NCBI GenBank assembly: GCA_964016885.1
Contig: OZ024743.1
Coordinates: forward strand, 365,738,001 to 365,802,000
Origin: Eledone cirrhosa
Taxonomy: Eukaryota
Length of the DNA stretch: 64,000 nucleotides
Reading direction: 5' to 3'
Part shown: positions 14,129 through 29,000 of the stretch, one piece after another
How positions within the stretch are numbered: position 1 is the stretch's first letter
Layout: the number at the start of each line of letters is the position of its first letter
Notes under the pieces: generated by a model
Told to the model about the DNA's origin: nothing
What the model saw: only the letters and a program-made list of their open reading frames with translations
The model's database searches: none
Position numbers and translations under genes: made by a program

Positions 14129-14640
14129 CTAGTATTTAAATTCATTCACTTCATCGTGCTGACATGATAAAACTTTCCATCTCACTCGATCCAACATTAA
14201 CTGCCTCAGTTCTTCAGAGGATACTTCTGTATCTTTCTCAATGACTCTTTTTAATGTCTTAAGAGGTCTTCTGTGTTTGCGTTTCGCATTAGTGGGTTCC
14301 AACAGTAAAGGTTTTGTAGCAGGTCCGTTGCCTCTCATGACATGACCTGCAAACTGAGGACGCCTGATACGGAGGGTATGGCTAATGGGCGCGAGGTTGC
14401 TGTACATAAGTTTTTTTGTAACACGGTCGAGAGATTTGATGTTTTTTATCCTTCTGAGCAGCAACCATCTAAAGCTTTGGTGATAGGTGTTATCACTGAT
14501 CATGATTCATAGGAATACACTGTAGTTTTGAATAATCTCACTTTGGGATTTGTGGTTATGTTAGATTTCCACGCCTAATTTTCATTTGACGAGTTGGTTT
14601 ATGCCCCAAGGTATTTGAAATCATCTACTTTATCGAGAAC
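14129..14640 (-). mobile_element. Degraded RTE-like LINE 3' fragment
   Basis: LDKVDDFKYLG at ~14605-14637, then RRPQFAGHVMR..KRKHRRPLKT..DRVRW. Confidence 0.7.
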
Positions 14641-14669
14641 AAATAGTTAGTTTCTTAGATAGATAAATA

Positions 14670-15660
14670 GATTTCTTTATTTGCCACAAGACGGAACGGT
14701 GGGGGGTTTTACAAATAATCGTATAAACAAATTTAACAGTTTAAATGAACAATCGGAATCCGCAATAGGGAGGAACGTTACTGCGGGGTTGTTTTACACC
14801 CCGTAGATAAAACAACCCTCAACACCAGGAGCAGGTTTTGTAAGTGCTTTCGTCTTCCCTCTTTGGTCTTCTTCAACCTACAGGTTTATATACAGAGAAC
14901 GCTCATTCACTCAGGCCATTTTCGCCACATTCATCCAGATTTTAGCGAATTTGAAGTGGTATTTAAAAAAGAGAATGAGTTGTTGGCCGGAGAGGAAGGT
15001 GTTTGCCCTCAGTCCTTTCAGTCTCGTCCACCATACTACTTCTTTCGGCATAGCACTCAGACAGAGGAAAATCACTTCTCCTTCGGTGTTAAATGAAGGC
15101 TTGCATCTTGGACAGGTCCTGTTGGCAGGATCCCTGCCAGGGCGCCCGTACCTGTAGATTTTACCTCGAACTGGTAAAGCTTCTCGATAACACTGCCAGG
15201 CCAGATACTTCTGGAAGTTGTCCATAGGCCCTGGAATAGACTGGCCAGTTCGTCCTCTTCGACGCCCAAAATCTCCCCGAGAACGTCGTTGCACTTATCC
15301 TCCACTAATCTCCTATAGAATGTTGACGTGGACTTTCCACTGATTGCTGTTTCCGCATGGTAGAGGACTGTGAACACCTGAACGCACTCTAGGTGCCAGG
15401 CACCCATTTTCGGTCTTCGCTTGACCCAGGACAGTAGCTCCGTTTGCGATCCGAGCTGTGGAATAGCTTGTCTCACGAACGACGACCACATCGGTTCACT
15501 GGTCAGGAATACATGGAGATGGCGTAGCCTCAGCGCATGTTTGCGCATCATCAGCCAGAGCATACCCAGCCCTCCGTGAAAAGGGTGTTGGCAGCAGCTG
15601 GATCTCCTCACCAATGGAGTCAGGTGGCTCACCCTCCATGATTGATGGAGTTTCCTTTCA
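14670..15660 (-). mobile_element. Tx1/L1-like LINE ORF2 C-terminal remnant
   Basis: HPFHGGLGM motif, LAWQCYREALPV and CPRC Zn-knuckle remnant, with AATAAA on the minus strand at ~14676-14681. Confidence 0.65.
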
Positions 15661-16184
15661 GAGTCTTGATGTGGGTTTTACATTCGGAGTTTCCACGTCC
15701 CGAGGAAAGCTCTCCTTAATACCTTTGTACGCATCGAGTGTCATACGAAACATCATGAGATCTTCCGCTACTCGAAATGCGCTGGTGCCGAATATTCCCC
15801 CTCCTTTTCTATGTCTTGCCTTCGTGCTATCAGGGCCATCAAATCATTGTTGGTCCTTCTTACTAGCACGAAGTTATTTTGTTTTTGTGATTGTTCTGGT
15901 TGTTTACGTTTGGCAGATTGTGATGGTGGTGATGGTGGTGGTGGTGGTGGTGGTGTTGTGGAAGTATTTGTGTTTGTTATGTGTGTGGTGCCTGCATCTT
16001 TTGTTGTGTGTGTGTGATGTGTGGAGTCCTTTTTTGGGGTTTCGGTTTTTTTTTCTTTTTACTTTTTATTTGTTTGTTTTTTTGCTTTATCTTCGCTACT
16101 GGAAGACGAGGTGTCTGTGTCTGGAAGTGTGTTTGTGTGTGTGTTTTGACCTCCTGTTGTTGGTTTGGTTGAGTATATGTAACT

Positions 16185-16843
16185 TTAACCTCAGAATTAT
16201 GAAAGCCACATCACCACCAACCCCAAGAGCTCACCCGCACCTGGATGTTCTTGCAGAAGGAGAGAAATATGTCCCCTTCAACAACAATATCATATACCCG
16301 CAATAGTCTATGAGGCTGAGGTTACATCTACTCGACCAAGCCAATAACTGGAAGTCAAAAGATATGTAGATATGACTGAGAGTCGGTTTAAAGAACGTTT
16401 CCTTAACCATCAGACGACTTTTAGACACTCAGATAAGCGATCCTCCATGAAGCTGATGAGCTACATATAGTCACTCAAAGATGCGGACGTGGATTACTCC
16501 ATTCAATGGAAAGTTCTGACCAAATCTAGGCCACATGGAAATGGGAGTTTGTCTTGTGGACTGTGGCTCGATGAACGAATAAATATCTTACTAAGATTAC
16601 GTAATAGTACTTTCAACAGTTTAACTTGAGTTGTCTGCCTTGTCGACGTCCACGCGCATAGACCAGTCAGCTCATATACACTCCCGTTATCGGCACAACC
16701 TCACTCGAGTTGAGAATACATTAGGTGAAACGCGCGTGCTTGAGTATGGCTTTCTAACTTGTGGAACTAACTTTATACCGAACTCATCCTATGGACTGAG
16801 TGCTCTACTCCCTACAGATATAACCTCCCGGTGTTTTTCCACT
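16185..16843 (+). mobile_element. PLE (Naiad-like) GIY-YIG remnant plus 3' end
   Basis: Hand translation GCSCRRREICPLQQQ..IVYEAEV..YVDMTESRFKERFLNH..YSIQWKVL..CGL with internal stops. Followed by an HHR-like fold and a TA junction. Confidence 0.8.
16703..16745 (+). ncRNA. Hammerhead variant (U3:A8 core; cleavage-site nucleotide is G, probably inactive)
   Basis: ACTCGAG-TTGAGAA-TACATTAGGT-GAAA-CGCGCG-TG-CTTGAGT. Confidence 0.65.
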
Positions 16844-16885
16844 ATATATATATATAGAGAGAGAGAGAGAAAATTGAGGTTGGTA

Positions 16886-17663
16886 ATGGCACATGGAATA
16901 TATAAGAGACAGAATACTTTTTTGTGAAAAAACATATAATTTTATAAGGTAAGGAAATAATAAAGGGTATAAAAAATGACCGGTTTCGATGGGTCTGCAA
17001 AAGCCATCTTTTCAAATGTTGATTAATATTAAGAAAATTAATAATAAGAAGAGTTAAAATTTGAGATTTGAAAATTCAAGTATAAAATTCAGTGTGGGAT
17101 TTCATAGTAGTTTTCATCTTGGTAGCAGCAATATAATGTATATAATTATCACTACTATTAAAGACCAGAGACCAATTCTGTAGAATCAGGTTTATTCGTT
17201 GACAGACCATGCCTTTGTGTGACCAACACATCCATGTTAAACCCTGCACGTGCACACACATATATCTATATATATATACGCACACAGAATTCACCACTGT
17301 CGGTTGCGGGGCCCAATCTACATGAAGAACTCAATGTGATCAGAATGACTTGTATTTTAATTTCACTGTCCTAACTTCTTATATTATGGAAAAAATATAT
17401 GTGTATGTATGTATATATATATATATTTGGAGGCCATTTCTCTATGTGTGTGGGTGTATTATGTGTATGTGTGTGTGTGTGTGTGTATGTGTGTGCATGT
17501 GGATGTATGTATGTGTATGTATTGTGTGTGTGTGTGTGTATGTGTATGTATGTGTGTATCTGGATGTATGCGTATGTGTATATATATGTGTGTGTGTGTA
17601 TATATATATATGTGTGTGTATGTGTATATATGTGTGTGTGTGTGTATATATGTGTATGTACAC

Positions 17664-17717
<54 letters not shown>

Positions 17718-17866
17718 GTGTATCTGGATGTATGTGTATGTATATGTATGTGTGTGTGTGTATATATATATGTGGGTGTATGTGTATATATGTGTGTGTG
17801 TGTGTGTATGTGTGTATGTGTGTATGTATATGTATGTGTGTGTGTATGTATGCGTGTATATGTATA

Positions 17867-17907
<41 letters not shown>

Positions 17908-18414
17908 ATATATATATGTATGTATATGTATATGTATGTGTGTGTGGATGAGGGTATGTGTGTATATATAGGTGTAAGTGCACTAAATCCCTATCTATCA
18001 CTCTCCCCTCTCCTACCGACCACAGGGAGATATATGTATGTATATTGCTTCCACCCCCTCACTGACCAGCAGCTGGCCATCTGGCCATTGCTAAATCTGA
18101 CCTTTATAAAATAACCCACTCCCCCAAATAACTCCTCATTGACTACCAGAAAGGCACACAGCAGTCAACTTGCTGCTACCAAGATGAAAACTACTATGAA
18201 ATCCCACACTGAATTTTATACTTGAATTTTCAAATCTCAAATTTTAACTCTTCTTATTATTAATTTTCTTAATATTAATCAACATTTGAAAAGATGGCTT
18301 TTGCAGACCCATCGAAACCGGTCATTTTTTATACCCTTTATTATTTCCTTACCTTATAAAATTATATGTTTTTTCACAAAAAAGTATTCTGTCTCTTATA
18401 TATTCCATGTGCCA
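16886..18414. repeat. Inverted repeat, 245-bp arms (16886-17130 / 18170-18414) around a TG/TA-rich spacer; each arm carries a U3:A8 HHR (16973-17020-, 18281-18328+)
   Basis: Arms match in reverse complement. HHR: AACAT-TTGAAAA-GATGG..CCATC-GAAA-CCGG-TC-ATTTT. Confidence 0.9.
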
Positions 18415-19408
18415 TAAATTAAGAAAAATAAGTACAAGCCAGTATTGTGGTAACTACCATCACCCAGACGGTCTTTGATAGAACCGTTTCGCAATATTAT
18501 TTGTGAAGAGATATACCAAATTCCAGGCTCATCAGTGGCTGATGAAATTAGTATCCTCCTCACTTCTAAGTCAAATAGAAAACTGGAAAATGTGTGTATA
18601 TATATAACGCACATGGTTCCCGAACTTAGCATGTCGCGCATACTTACGCCACTAAAAATAGCAGCCGGGTCTACACGACATTTGAAATAGCTCTACGAAT
18701 TAACGGAGCTGAATATATCAAAAGCATGTATTGAGTTAAAAACTCAAAATAGTCTCATTACCGTAAATTAGCTCTAGGAAAAAGATTTTTCCGAGCCGTA
18801 TATAACTGAACAAAAAGGAAAAACGAACACAGACATATATATATATATGTTCAAATCGTAATGCACCAAAATCGCTAAGGTAAAAAAAATACTAACTAGA
18901 GACACACGGAAAAATCTTTTTCCTAGAGCTAATTTACTATTTTGAGTTTCTAACTCAATACATGCTTTTGATATATTCGGCTCCGTTAATTCGTAGAGCT
19001 ATTTCAAATGTCGTGTAGACCCGGCTGCTATTTCTAGTGGCGTAAGTATGCGCGACATGCTAAGTTCGGGAACCATGTGCGTTATATATATACACACATT
19101 TTCCAGTTTTCTATTTGACTTAGAAGTGAGGAGGATACTAATTTCATCAGCCACTGATGAGCCTGGAATTTGGTATATCTCTTCACAAATAATATTGCGA
19201 AACGGTTCTATCAAAGACCGTCTGGGTGATGGTAGTTACCACAATACTGGTTTGTATTTATTTTTCTTAATTTATTCTTAAATTGACTCTAGCAAACCCT
19301 ATTGTCTGTAGTTAGTATTTTTTTCACCTTAGCGATTTTGGTCCATTACGATTTGAACACATATATATATATGTGTCTGTGTTCGTTTTTCCTTTTTGTT
19401 CAGTTATA
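18415..19408. repeat. Family C: inverted pair of circularly permuted ~510-bp units (arms 18415-18793/18907-19275 and 18801-18904/19303-19408)
   Basis: Two interleaved inverted repeats; mirror ORFs 18475..18690+ / 18999..19214- confirm the first pair. Confidence 0.88.
19145..19231 (+). ncRNA. Type I hammerhead ribozyme (mirror copy 18458-18544 on -)
   Basis: CATCAGCCA-CTGATGA-GC..GC-GAAA-CGGT tctatcaaag ACCG-TC-TGGGTGATG; GUC cleavage triplet. Confidence 0.88.
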
Positions 19409-19428
19409 TATATATATGTATATGTATA

Positions 19429-19489
<61 letters not shown>

Positions 19490-19551
19490 TATATTTATAA
19501 ACATATATATATATATGTATTTATATGTATATATTATATATATATAAATAC

Positions 19552-19728
<177 letters not shown>

Positions 19729-19922
19729 TGCACAAACAAATGTACGCAATATTAATGTATTATTTCATATTATAGATAATTGAAAAAAATAGGATGTTTC
19801 CCAGGCATTTAGGAATTAGCATTTTTCAGTGCATTGCGAACAAATACACCCACACACAGACCATACATACACACTCATACACAAAAACGCACATATACAC
19901 ACATATACACACATACACACGC

Positions 19923-19985
<63 letters not shown>

Positions 19986-20717
19986 GTGTGGTTTATGTGT
20001 TCTTCCGTAGTGGCACCTGACGTTACCCATGGAAGATAAGCAACAGTAGTTGTTTAATTAACAGGATTTCCGGTCTTCTGGCCTCAAACTTCACCTTTTT
20101 CCACCTTACTTGTTAACTGTATCGCACATCCTACGAAATGTTAGTCAAGAATATATATTCTAGCATTGATAATATAGTTCTTTTTAGATAGTAGAGTAGC
20201 AATACAGCGTTTGTTATTTGCTTATGGTGGACACAGCATCAGAAGTTCGCTTTACCATCATTCCGTCCCAGGTTCGATCCCACTGGGTTACATCTTGAGT
20301 AAATGTCATTTACATTCCCTTGTGTCGACCAATGACTTGTCATTAAAATTGGTTAGATGGGAACTGTTTGGAAACGCGTCGGATGGAATGAACAAGCAAT
20401 TAAAAGGGCTAGCCTTGTTACACTTTATGTGACAGTGAATCTCTCTGAAGACTACGTTAGGTATTTTGTTTCAAGAATGCTCAGCCACTTGTGCGTTAAT
20501 TTCATGAGGCAGCGTCGTCGGAACCGATAGATGTTAATACTTATTCAGGAACAAGAACAGTGTCTCCGATGGACCTCCACAGTGTTTCCATCTACCAAAT
20601 TTCATTCATGGGGATTGCTCTAAACGAACATTAATTGTAATAATTAATTTAAAAATAACAATGAAAAAAACAGACATAAAAATGACACGTGTCGATAACC
20701 TAACAAACAAAATATTA

Positions 20718-20763
<46 letters not shown>

Positions 20764-22191
20764 GTATTAATATCAGCAAACTATACCATCGCTACCTTAT
20801 TGCTATATGTCTGGAAGACGCTCTCTGTCGTGTAGAACGTTAATGTTTTCAACAACAGAATGGAGAAAACCTTATCTCGAAGGATAGCGAGAGAGAGACA
20901 CGTTTGTCTATATTGAACTCACTTTCCCAAGTTAACGTGCACCGGGATTAAACCCGAAACAACTTGGTTACGAAGTGAACGTCTTAACCACACAACCATG
21001 CCCATGTACATGAAATCACTATATTTACTCAATCATTTTTATTCGGTGATGCGAATTACTGAGATGAGCACCAAAAGTCTTATTAAAGTTTACGCGGCAT
21101 TGCAATGTCTTTTTCTTTCTGTTGTAGATTCCATTAAACAGATTATTGCAGGCCCTTTCAAATGGTTCCTCGTGTGTCATGTATGAACGCACTCTATGAT
21201 ATTTGCTAACCACCAGTGAAGCACTCTTTCTGCCATGACTATAATGTTCACAATAGTAGAATATAGCTTGCAAAATATCTATATCAAAATAAATATATCG
21301 TATTTTACAAGAGATGAATGGATAGAGTACAATATAATTCTATTTGGATCATCAAATGAACAGGTATAGCATATTGATTTCTAATTTAAGCACAAGGCCA
21401 GCAATACCTTGGGAAAGGGAAAGTCGATTATATCGACCCAGTAGTTAACTGATACTTTCTTTTATAACCCAAGTTAATAATTGTTTCTACTTTTGGCACA
21501 AGGCCAGCAATTACCCAGTGTATTACTGGTACTTTATTGTATCGACCCCGTAAGGATGAAAGGCAAAGTTAACCCAAGTTAATAATTGATACTTTATTTT
21601 ATCGACTCCAGAAAGGTAAGGTTGACCTCAATGGTATTTGAACTCAGTCCGTAGAAAGTCATAACTAAACACAGCAAAGTATTTTGTCCAACGATCTACC
21701 GATAATGCCAACACTCCGCCCTAAACACGTGTTCAATGATTAGATATGTTCGATGTTACATATTTTTTCAATTTGATTTATTGTCAGTAAAAATCTTTTT
21801 AAACTACAACAGAAATGTCAAAGAAATGCATTCTTAGATAAATTCTTTCAGATCAGTTTATATTTCCATCAGCTGCAGTTCAGAAAAGAAAAGAAAAAGG
21901 AACGAAAGTATTCCTATCTAATTTACACCTTTATTCTCACACACACACACTCGTACCCACCAAAATAAATGTGTGTATTTGCCCCCCCCCCCCCTCTCTT
22001 TCTCTCTCTCTCTCATTCTCTCTCTCTCTCTCTCTCTCACTCTCTCTGTGCGCGTATGGGTTTAAATCCGTGAAATATATGAATTTATATAAGCACATGC
22101 ACGGGTGCATGAAGAAATATATTTTTATACGTACATACATATATCACACATATATATGTGTGTATGAATGTCTATATATATGTGGGGGTGA

Positions 22192-22232
<41 letters not shown>

Positions 22233-22260
22233 TATATATATTTACATATACATATACATA

Positions 22261-22399
<139 letters not shown>

Positions 22400-22563
22400 A
22401 TATATACATCTAAACTGTCTCATACACACATGTTTATATTAAGTATATTTATGTTTATATATTATTTATTGAAAACACTAACAGCATATTTGCATTACGT
22501 ATATACTTGTGCGTGTGTACACGTATGTGAGTGAATATGTATGTGTGTGTGTATTTGTGTGTG

Positions 22564-22637
<74 letters not shown>

Positions 22638-23689
22638 CGTTTGCGTGCGCGTGTGTGTGTGTGTGTGTGTTATTCAAACAAAAAAGCCACGTGTATTTCG
22701 AGGAGATTGCCCCCTCACTGGTTGCGCATGGTTTCATACCAATTCAAACGTATTTCTCTCACTCTCTCTCATTATATAAGGAGGTTCCGTATAGAAGGAT
22801 ATCAACAATGTAAGCAATATTCATCTATACATGTGTGTGAACCTTTGGAACTTACTTTCTCACTCCCTTGCCCTCTCTCCCTTTCTCTCTCGCTCTCTTT
22901 TCTTCTTTGCGTCAGAGAGAAAGGATGAGTCTTTGTGTTTGTGTACATAAAAATATGAGATACAAAATAGGCATTTTCATTAATAGATGAAAAACATATT
23001 CGAGTTTATACTGCGGTTTTTACGAATTTGTTCAACTATAGCAACATATAGAAATAAATATAAGAAGCGAAAAACATGGACAATGAAAATATAGAAAAAA
23101 AAACTAAGGAAAGCATAAAAGGAATGATGGAAGGAAGAAAAAATATTCATGCGAATAAGCAAAAAATAAAGAGGATTATATATAAGAAATCGACAAAGTT
23201 GAAAGCATTTTTTAATGAAATTATATTATTTTCGTATTAATATATAGAAGAATAAAAGAATATGAGGGCATATTTTCTGCTGGAGTGTGAAGGCAGAGCA
23301 ACGTTGTTAAGGTATATAAAACATAATCTTTAACATGCAAATGGAAAAAATTTCTGAATTTCCGCTTATATCGTTGGATGTACCAGCAATCCATATAAAG
23401 TTACAAAACTAACGTGAAGGAGAGCTTTGACTGTAAAAGCGACATCTTTCAAGTGTGTATATATATATATAATGTACATACAAATGCATATATATATATA
23501 TACATATATATATATATGTTAGGTGTGTAACAAGTTACAGGCGACGCGTCGTTCGAAACACTCAATGCTGTTACGGGGTTCGTTTCGGCTGTAGAGTGTT
23601 GAGTGTAAATAGAATTAAAATAGTTGAAGTCAGCGTTGCAGCATATGTACAAACCTTTTCGACATCTCATCAGATATGCGAGCTCATAT

Positions 23690-23728
23690 ATTGTCTCTAT
23701 ATATGTGAGTAGGTACGTTTGTGCGTGT

Positions 23729-23786
<58 letters not shown>

Positions 23787-24407
23787 CAATATGGGAATTC
23801 CAAACGCAGAAAATAACTGTAAAAATGATCGATCCCTATAAATAATAGCGTAGAAAATCGTGTAAAGTTCCCCTATAGATGAAAAAAGCTGGGTTCGATT
23901 CCGTCTATGGGTCTAATTTTATCTGATTTTATAACGATCGACTGTAGGTAGACTATTTTCTGCGATTGGCATTACCACAATTTCAAATTCTAAATCAACC
24001 AGCGTTCCGATGTATATATATATATATATATATGTATATATGTGTGTGACTGTGTGTGTGTGTGTGTGTACATGTATATATGTGTATATAAATACACACA
24101 CACACATATATATACACACACACACAGACACACACAGACACACACATACATACATATTTATATACATCGGAACGCTGGTTGATTTGGAATTTGAAATTGT
24201 GGGAATCTCAATCGCAGAAAATGCTCTACCTACAGTCGATCGTTATAAAATCAGATAAAATTAGACCCATAGACGGAATCGAACTCAGTCGCGGCTGTTG
24301 GCCAGCTTTTTTCCATCTATAGGGGAACTTTACACGATTTTCTACGCTATTATTTATAGGGATCGATCATTTTTACAGTTATTTTCTGCGTTTGGGATTC
24401 CCATATT

Positions 24408-24460
<53 letters not shown>

Positions 24461-24502
24461 AGATACACACACAAACGTACACACTCACATACATAGAAAC
24501 AA
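23690..24502. repeat. Inverted repeat, arms ~23690-24016 / 24161-24502, spanning microsatellites
   Basis: Mirror ORF ends (..[22 protein letters not shown]) and reverse-complement match. Contains a tRNA B-box-like GGTTCGATTCC. Confidence 0.88.
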
Positions 24503-24839
24503 TAGAAAATGTCACCTACACGCACCCACTGGTAGACATACACATACCAACTATATAAGACTCCGAGACACCCACATGTTCATACACTCACACAGACTGA
24601 AGTAACGCACATCTACCAATTTCATCCCTTCGGGACACGTATACACACAACCACACCCATGACATTTGGTCATTCTATGAGAGTATCATTGTCAGCCTAT
24701 GAATCTTTCAGCCTCTGAACTTTTCAGCCGTCCCTCAAATCTGGGGATAGTTAAAGATGATACAGAATTTAAAATAGTCCGACTGACTATTTTTCGAAGA
24801 TATTGTATATTTTCTGTACATATACGTGTGAGTGTTGAA

Positions 24840-25030
24840 CCTCTGTAAAGGGTAACAACCTACTCGTGAAATTAACGAGAAAGTGGCTGAGCATTCCATA
24901 GGCACATGCTCCCTTTATTTCGTTCTCAGGCTGATTCAGTGCGGCCCTATGTGACACTAGGCTGGCTTCTTTGAATTACAGGTACAATTATTTTTTTTGC
25001 CGGTTTGGAGTATCGTGCAATGAAGTATCG
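24840..25030 (+). repeat. Dispersed SINE-like repeat segment (related pieces ~20400-20510-, ~42550-42715+, ~51850-51890+)
   Basis: Shared words GTGGCTGAGCATTCCA..ACAC(G/A)TG..GTTCTC..GATTCA..GCTGGC..TTTGAATTACAGG. Confidence 0.55.
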
Positions 25031-25277
25031 ATTCTCGTAGTCATTGATCGTAAGATCGCCACTCATTCACTCTAACCACTAAGCCACACACCTTCTTTTA
25101 CACATATAGTATTGACTAAAAATAGACGTATAGTACAGTATAGGGTGTTTATATTCGTATTTCCGACTTTAATTATCTATTAATGGGGTGTCGTCGACAA
25201 CACCTAACACATGACAGCCAGGTAAATCTTGTTAGAACATTTTACAACTGTTCGTAAAATAAAGAAAATAAAGAAAC

Positions 25278-25364
<87 letters not shown>

Positions 25365-25373
25365 TGTGTATAC

Positions 25374-25441
<68 letters not shown>

Positions 25442-25457
25442 TTGGGTGTATGTATAC

Positions 25458-25493
<36 letters not shown>

Positions 25494-25839
25494 CAATTAT
25501 TATACAATTATTATTATACAATTCTCTTGTATTCTCTGTCACATCCATTCCACTCTCTAAATACGAAACTGTTGATGACAACATTAATATCCATGTATCT
25601 ATTTGATTGTTCAGTTGAATAGGAAGTTAATTATATGTCCAAACGAAAGTTTGGAAGAAACGATTGTCAGCAATACAATGATTTGAACATAGTTTTGATT
25701 ATTGTGTAATTTATATTCCTGCTCTGTAAAACATCTGATGATTGAGCTATTTTTCTTACTGGTAATAAGGTAGTAAGGAATTACTGACCTTTCCTGTTTA
25801 TAGTTGTATATATATATAACTATAAATAATATTATTATT

Positions 25840-25927
<88 letters not shown>

Positions 25928-25936
25928 ATATATATG

Positions 25937-26000
<64 letters not shown>

Positions 26001-26005
<5 letters not shown>

Positions 26006-29000
26006 GACGTAAAATAAGAAAATATTTTTTTAAAAAAATTTTAAAAAAATTTTTTACTTACTTAAATTTTCACTCCAACTAATTAGTTTCTGCAATGGGA
26101 TAAAGACAGTTACGTAATCCAACTGTCGAGAATTCATTGCGTCATCAGGGAGTCTATTCTCAGTTAAGTCTCCAGGCAATGCGCGGACACTGGCGGCTCA
26201 TATAAAAATAATAATAATTCGGTAGATCGAACAGCTTGCGAGGACTGGATTCTATGTACCGAAATTCTCACTGCTTCAAGTCAAATGGCCGATTCTAAAG
26301 AATCAATCACGTGACACAGAGGCTAGTTAGAAGGAATGGGATGGTAAGATGACTGACGCCTACTAACACCCCAAAAAAAAAATTTTTTAGAAGTGGTTTT
26401 GACAAGTTTGCTCGACAAATCAGTGATTTGGAGATAAATATAGATAATTTAATATATCAACTAACATAAGCGCACAGATGCACGCCCATGCCAGCAAATA
26501 CACAGGTTATGTCATAGTACCTAGGTGGTTCAATGCAGGAGAATGCAGAACAATAATATAAAGGACGTAAAATAAGAAAATATTTTTTTTTAAAAATTTT
26601 AAAAAAATTTTTTACTTACTTAAATTTTCACTCCAACTAATTAGTTTCTGCAATGGGATAAAGACAGTTACGTAATCCAACTGTCGAGAATTCATTGCGT
26701 CATCAGGGAGTCTATTCTCAGTTAAGTCTCCAGGCAATGCGCGGACACTGGCGGCTCATATAAAAATAATAATAATTCGGTAGATCGAACAGCTTGCGAG
26801 GACTGGATTCTATGTACCGAAATTCTCATTGCTTCAAGTCAAATGGCCGATTCTAAAGAATCAATCACGTGACACAGAGGCTAGTTAGAAGGAATGGGAT
26901 GGTAAGATGACTGACGCCTACTAACACCCCAAAAAAAATTTTTTTAGAAGTGGTTTTGACAAGTTTGCTCGACAAATCAGTGATTTGGAGATAAATATAG
27001 ATAATTTAATATATCAACTAACATAAGCGCACAGATGCACGCCCATGCCAGCAAATACACAGGTTATGTCATAGTACCTAGGTGGTTCAATGCAGGAGAA
27101 TGCAGAACAATAATATAAAGGACGTAAAATAAGAAAATATTTTTTTAAAAAATTTTAAAAAAATTTTTTACTTACTTAAATTTTCACTCCAACTAATTAG
27201 TTTCTGCAATGGGATAAAGACAGTTACGTAATCCAACTGTCGAGAATTCATTGCGTCATCAGGGAGTCTATTCTCAGTTAAGTCTCCAGGCAATGCGCAG
27301 ACACTGGCGGCTCATATAAAAATAATAATAATTCGGTAGATCGAACAGCTTGCGAGGACTGGATTCTATGTACCGAAATTCTCACTGCTTCAAGTCAAAT
27401 GGCCGATTCTAAAGAATCAATCACGTGACACAGAGGCTAGTTAGAAGGAATGGGATGGTAAGATGACTGACGCCTACTAACACCCCAAAAAAAATTTTTT
27501 TAGAAGTGGTTTTGACAAGTTTGCTCGACAAATCAGTGATTTGGAGATAAATATAGATAATTTAATATATCAACTAACATAAGCGCACAAAATTTTTTTT
27601 GGGGTGTTAGTAGGCGTCAGTCATCTTACCATCCCATTCCTTCTAACTAGCCTCTGTGTCACGTGATTGATTCTTTAGAATCGGCCATTTGACTTGAAGC
27701 AGTGAGAATTTCGGTACATAGAATCCAGTCCTCGCAAGCTGTTCGATCTACCGAATTATTATTATTTTTATATGAGCCGCCAGTGTCCGCGCATTGCCTG
27801 GAAACTTAACTGAGAATAGACTCTCTGATGACGCAATGAATTCTCGACAGTTGGATTACGTAACTGTCTTTATCCCATTGCAGAAACTAATTAGTTGGAG
27901 TGAAAATTTAAGTAAGTAAAAAATTTTTTTAAAATTTTTTTAAAAAAATATTTTCTTATTTTACGTCCTTTATATTATTGTTCTGCATTCTCCTGCATTG
28001 AACCACCTAGGTACTATGACATAACCTGTGTATTTGCTGGCATGGGCGTGCATCTGTGCGCTTATGTTAGTTGATATATTAAATTATCTATATTTATCTC
28101 CAAATCACTGATTTGTCGAGCAAACTTGTCAAAACCACTTCTAAAAAAATTTTTTTTGGGGTGTTAGTAGGCGTCAGTCATCTTACCATCCCATTCCTTC
28201 TAACTAGCCTCTGTGTCACGTGATTGATTCTTTAGAATCGGCCATTTGACTTGAAGCAGTGAGAATTTCGGTACATAGAATCCAGTCCTCGCAAGCTGTT
28301 CGATCTACCGAATTATTATTATTTTTATATGAGCCGCCAGTGTCCGCGCATTGCCTGGAGACTTAACTGAGAATAGACTCCCTGATGACGCAATGAATTC
28401 TCGACAGTTGGATTACGTAACTGTCTTTATCCCATTGCAGAAACTAATTAGTTGGAGTGAAAATTTAAGTAAGTAAAAAATCTTTTTTTAAATTTTTTTA
28501 AAAAAATATTTTCTTATTTTACGTCCTATTATTGTTCTGCATTCTCCTGCATTGAACCACCTAGGTACTATGACATAACCTGTGTATTTGCTGGCATGGG
28601 CGTGCATCTGTGCGCTTATGTTAGTTGATATATTAAATTATCTATATTTATCTCCAAATCACTGATTTGTCGAGCAAACTTGTCAAAACCACTTCTAAAA
28701 AAATTTTTTTTGGGGTGTTAGTAGGCGTCAGTCATCTTACCATCCCATTCCTTCTAACTAGCCTCTGTGTCACGTGATTGATTCTTTAGAATCGGCCATT
28801 TGACTTGAAGCAGTGAGAATTTCGGTACATAGAATCCAGTCCTCGCAAGCTGTTCGATCTACCGAATTATTATTATTTTTATATGAGCCGCCAGTGTCCG
28901 CGCATTGCCTGGAGACTTAACTGAGAATAGACTCCCTGATGACGCAATGAATTCTCGACAGTTGGATTACGTAACTGTCTTTATCCCATTGCAGAAACTA

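Noticed and set aside
15614-16306. 230-aa ORF with hydrophobic stretches
   Set aside because: Runs across a LINE edge, GGT/GT/T-rich low-complexity DNA and an out-of-frame PLE remnant; a chimeric chance ORF.
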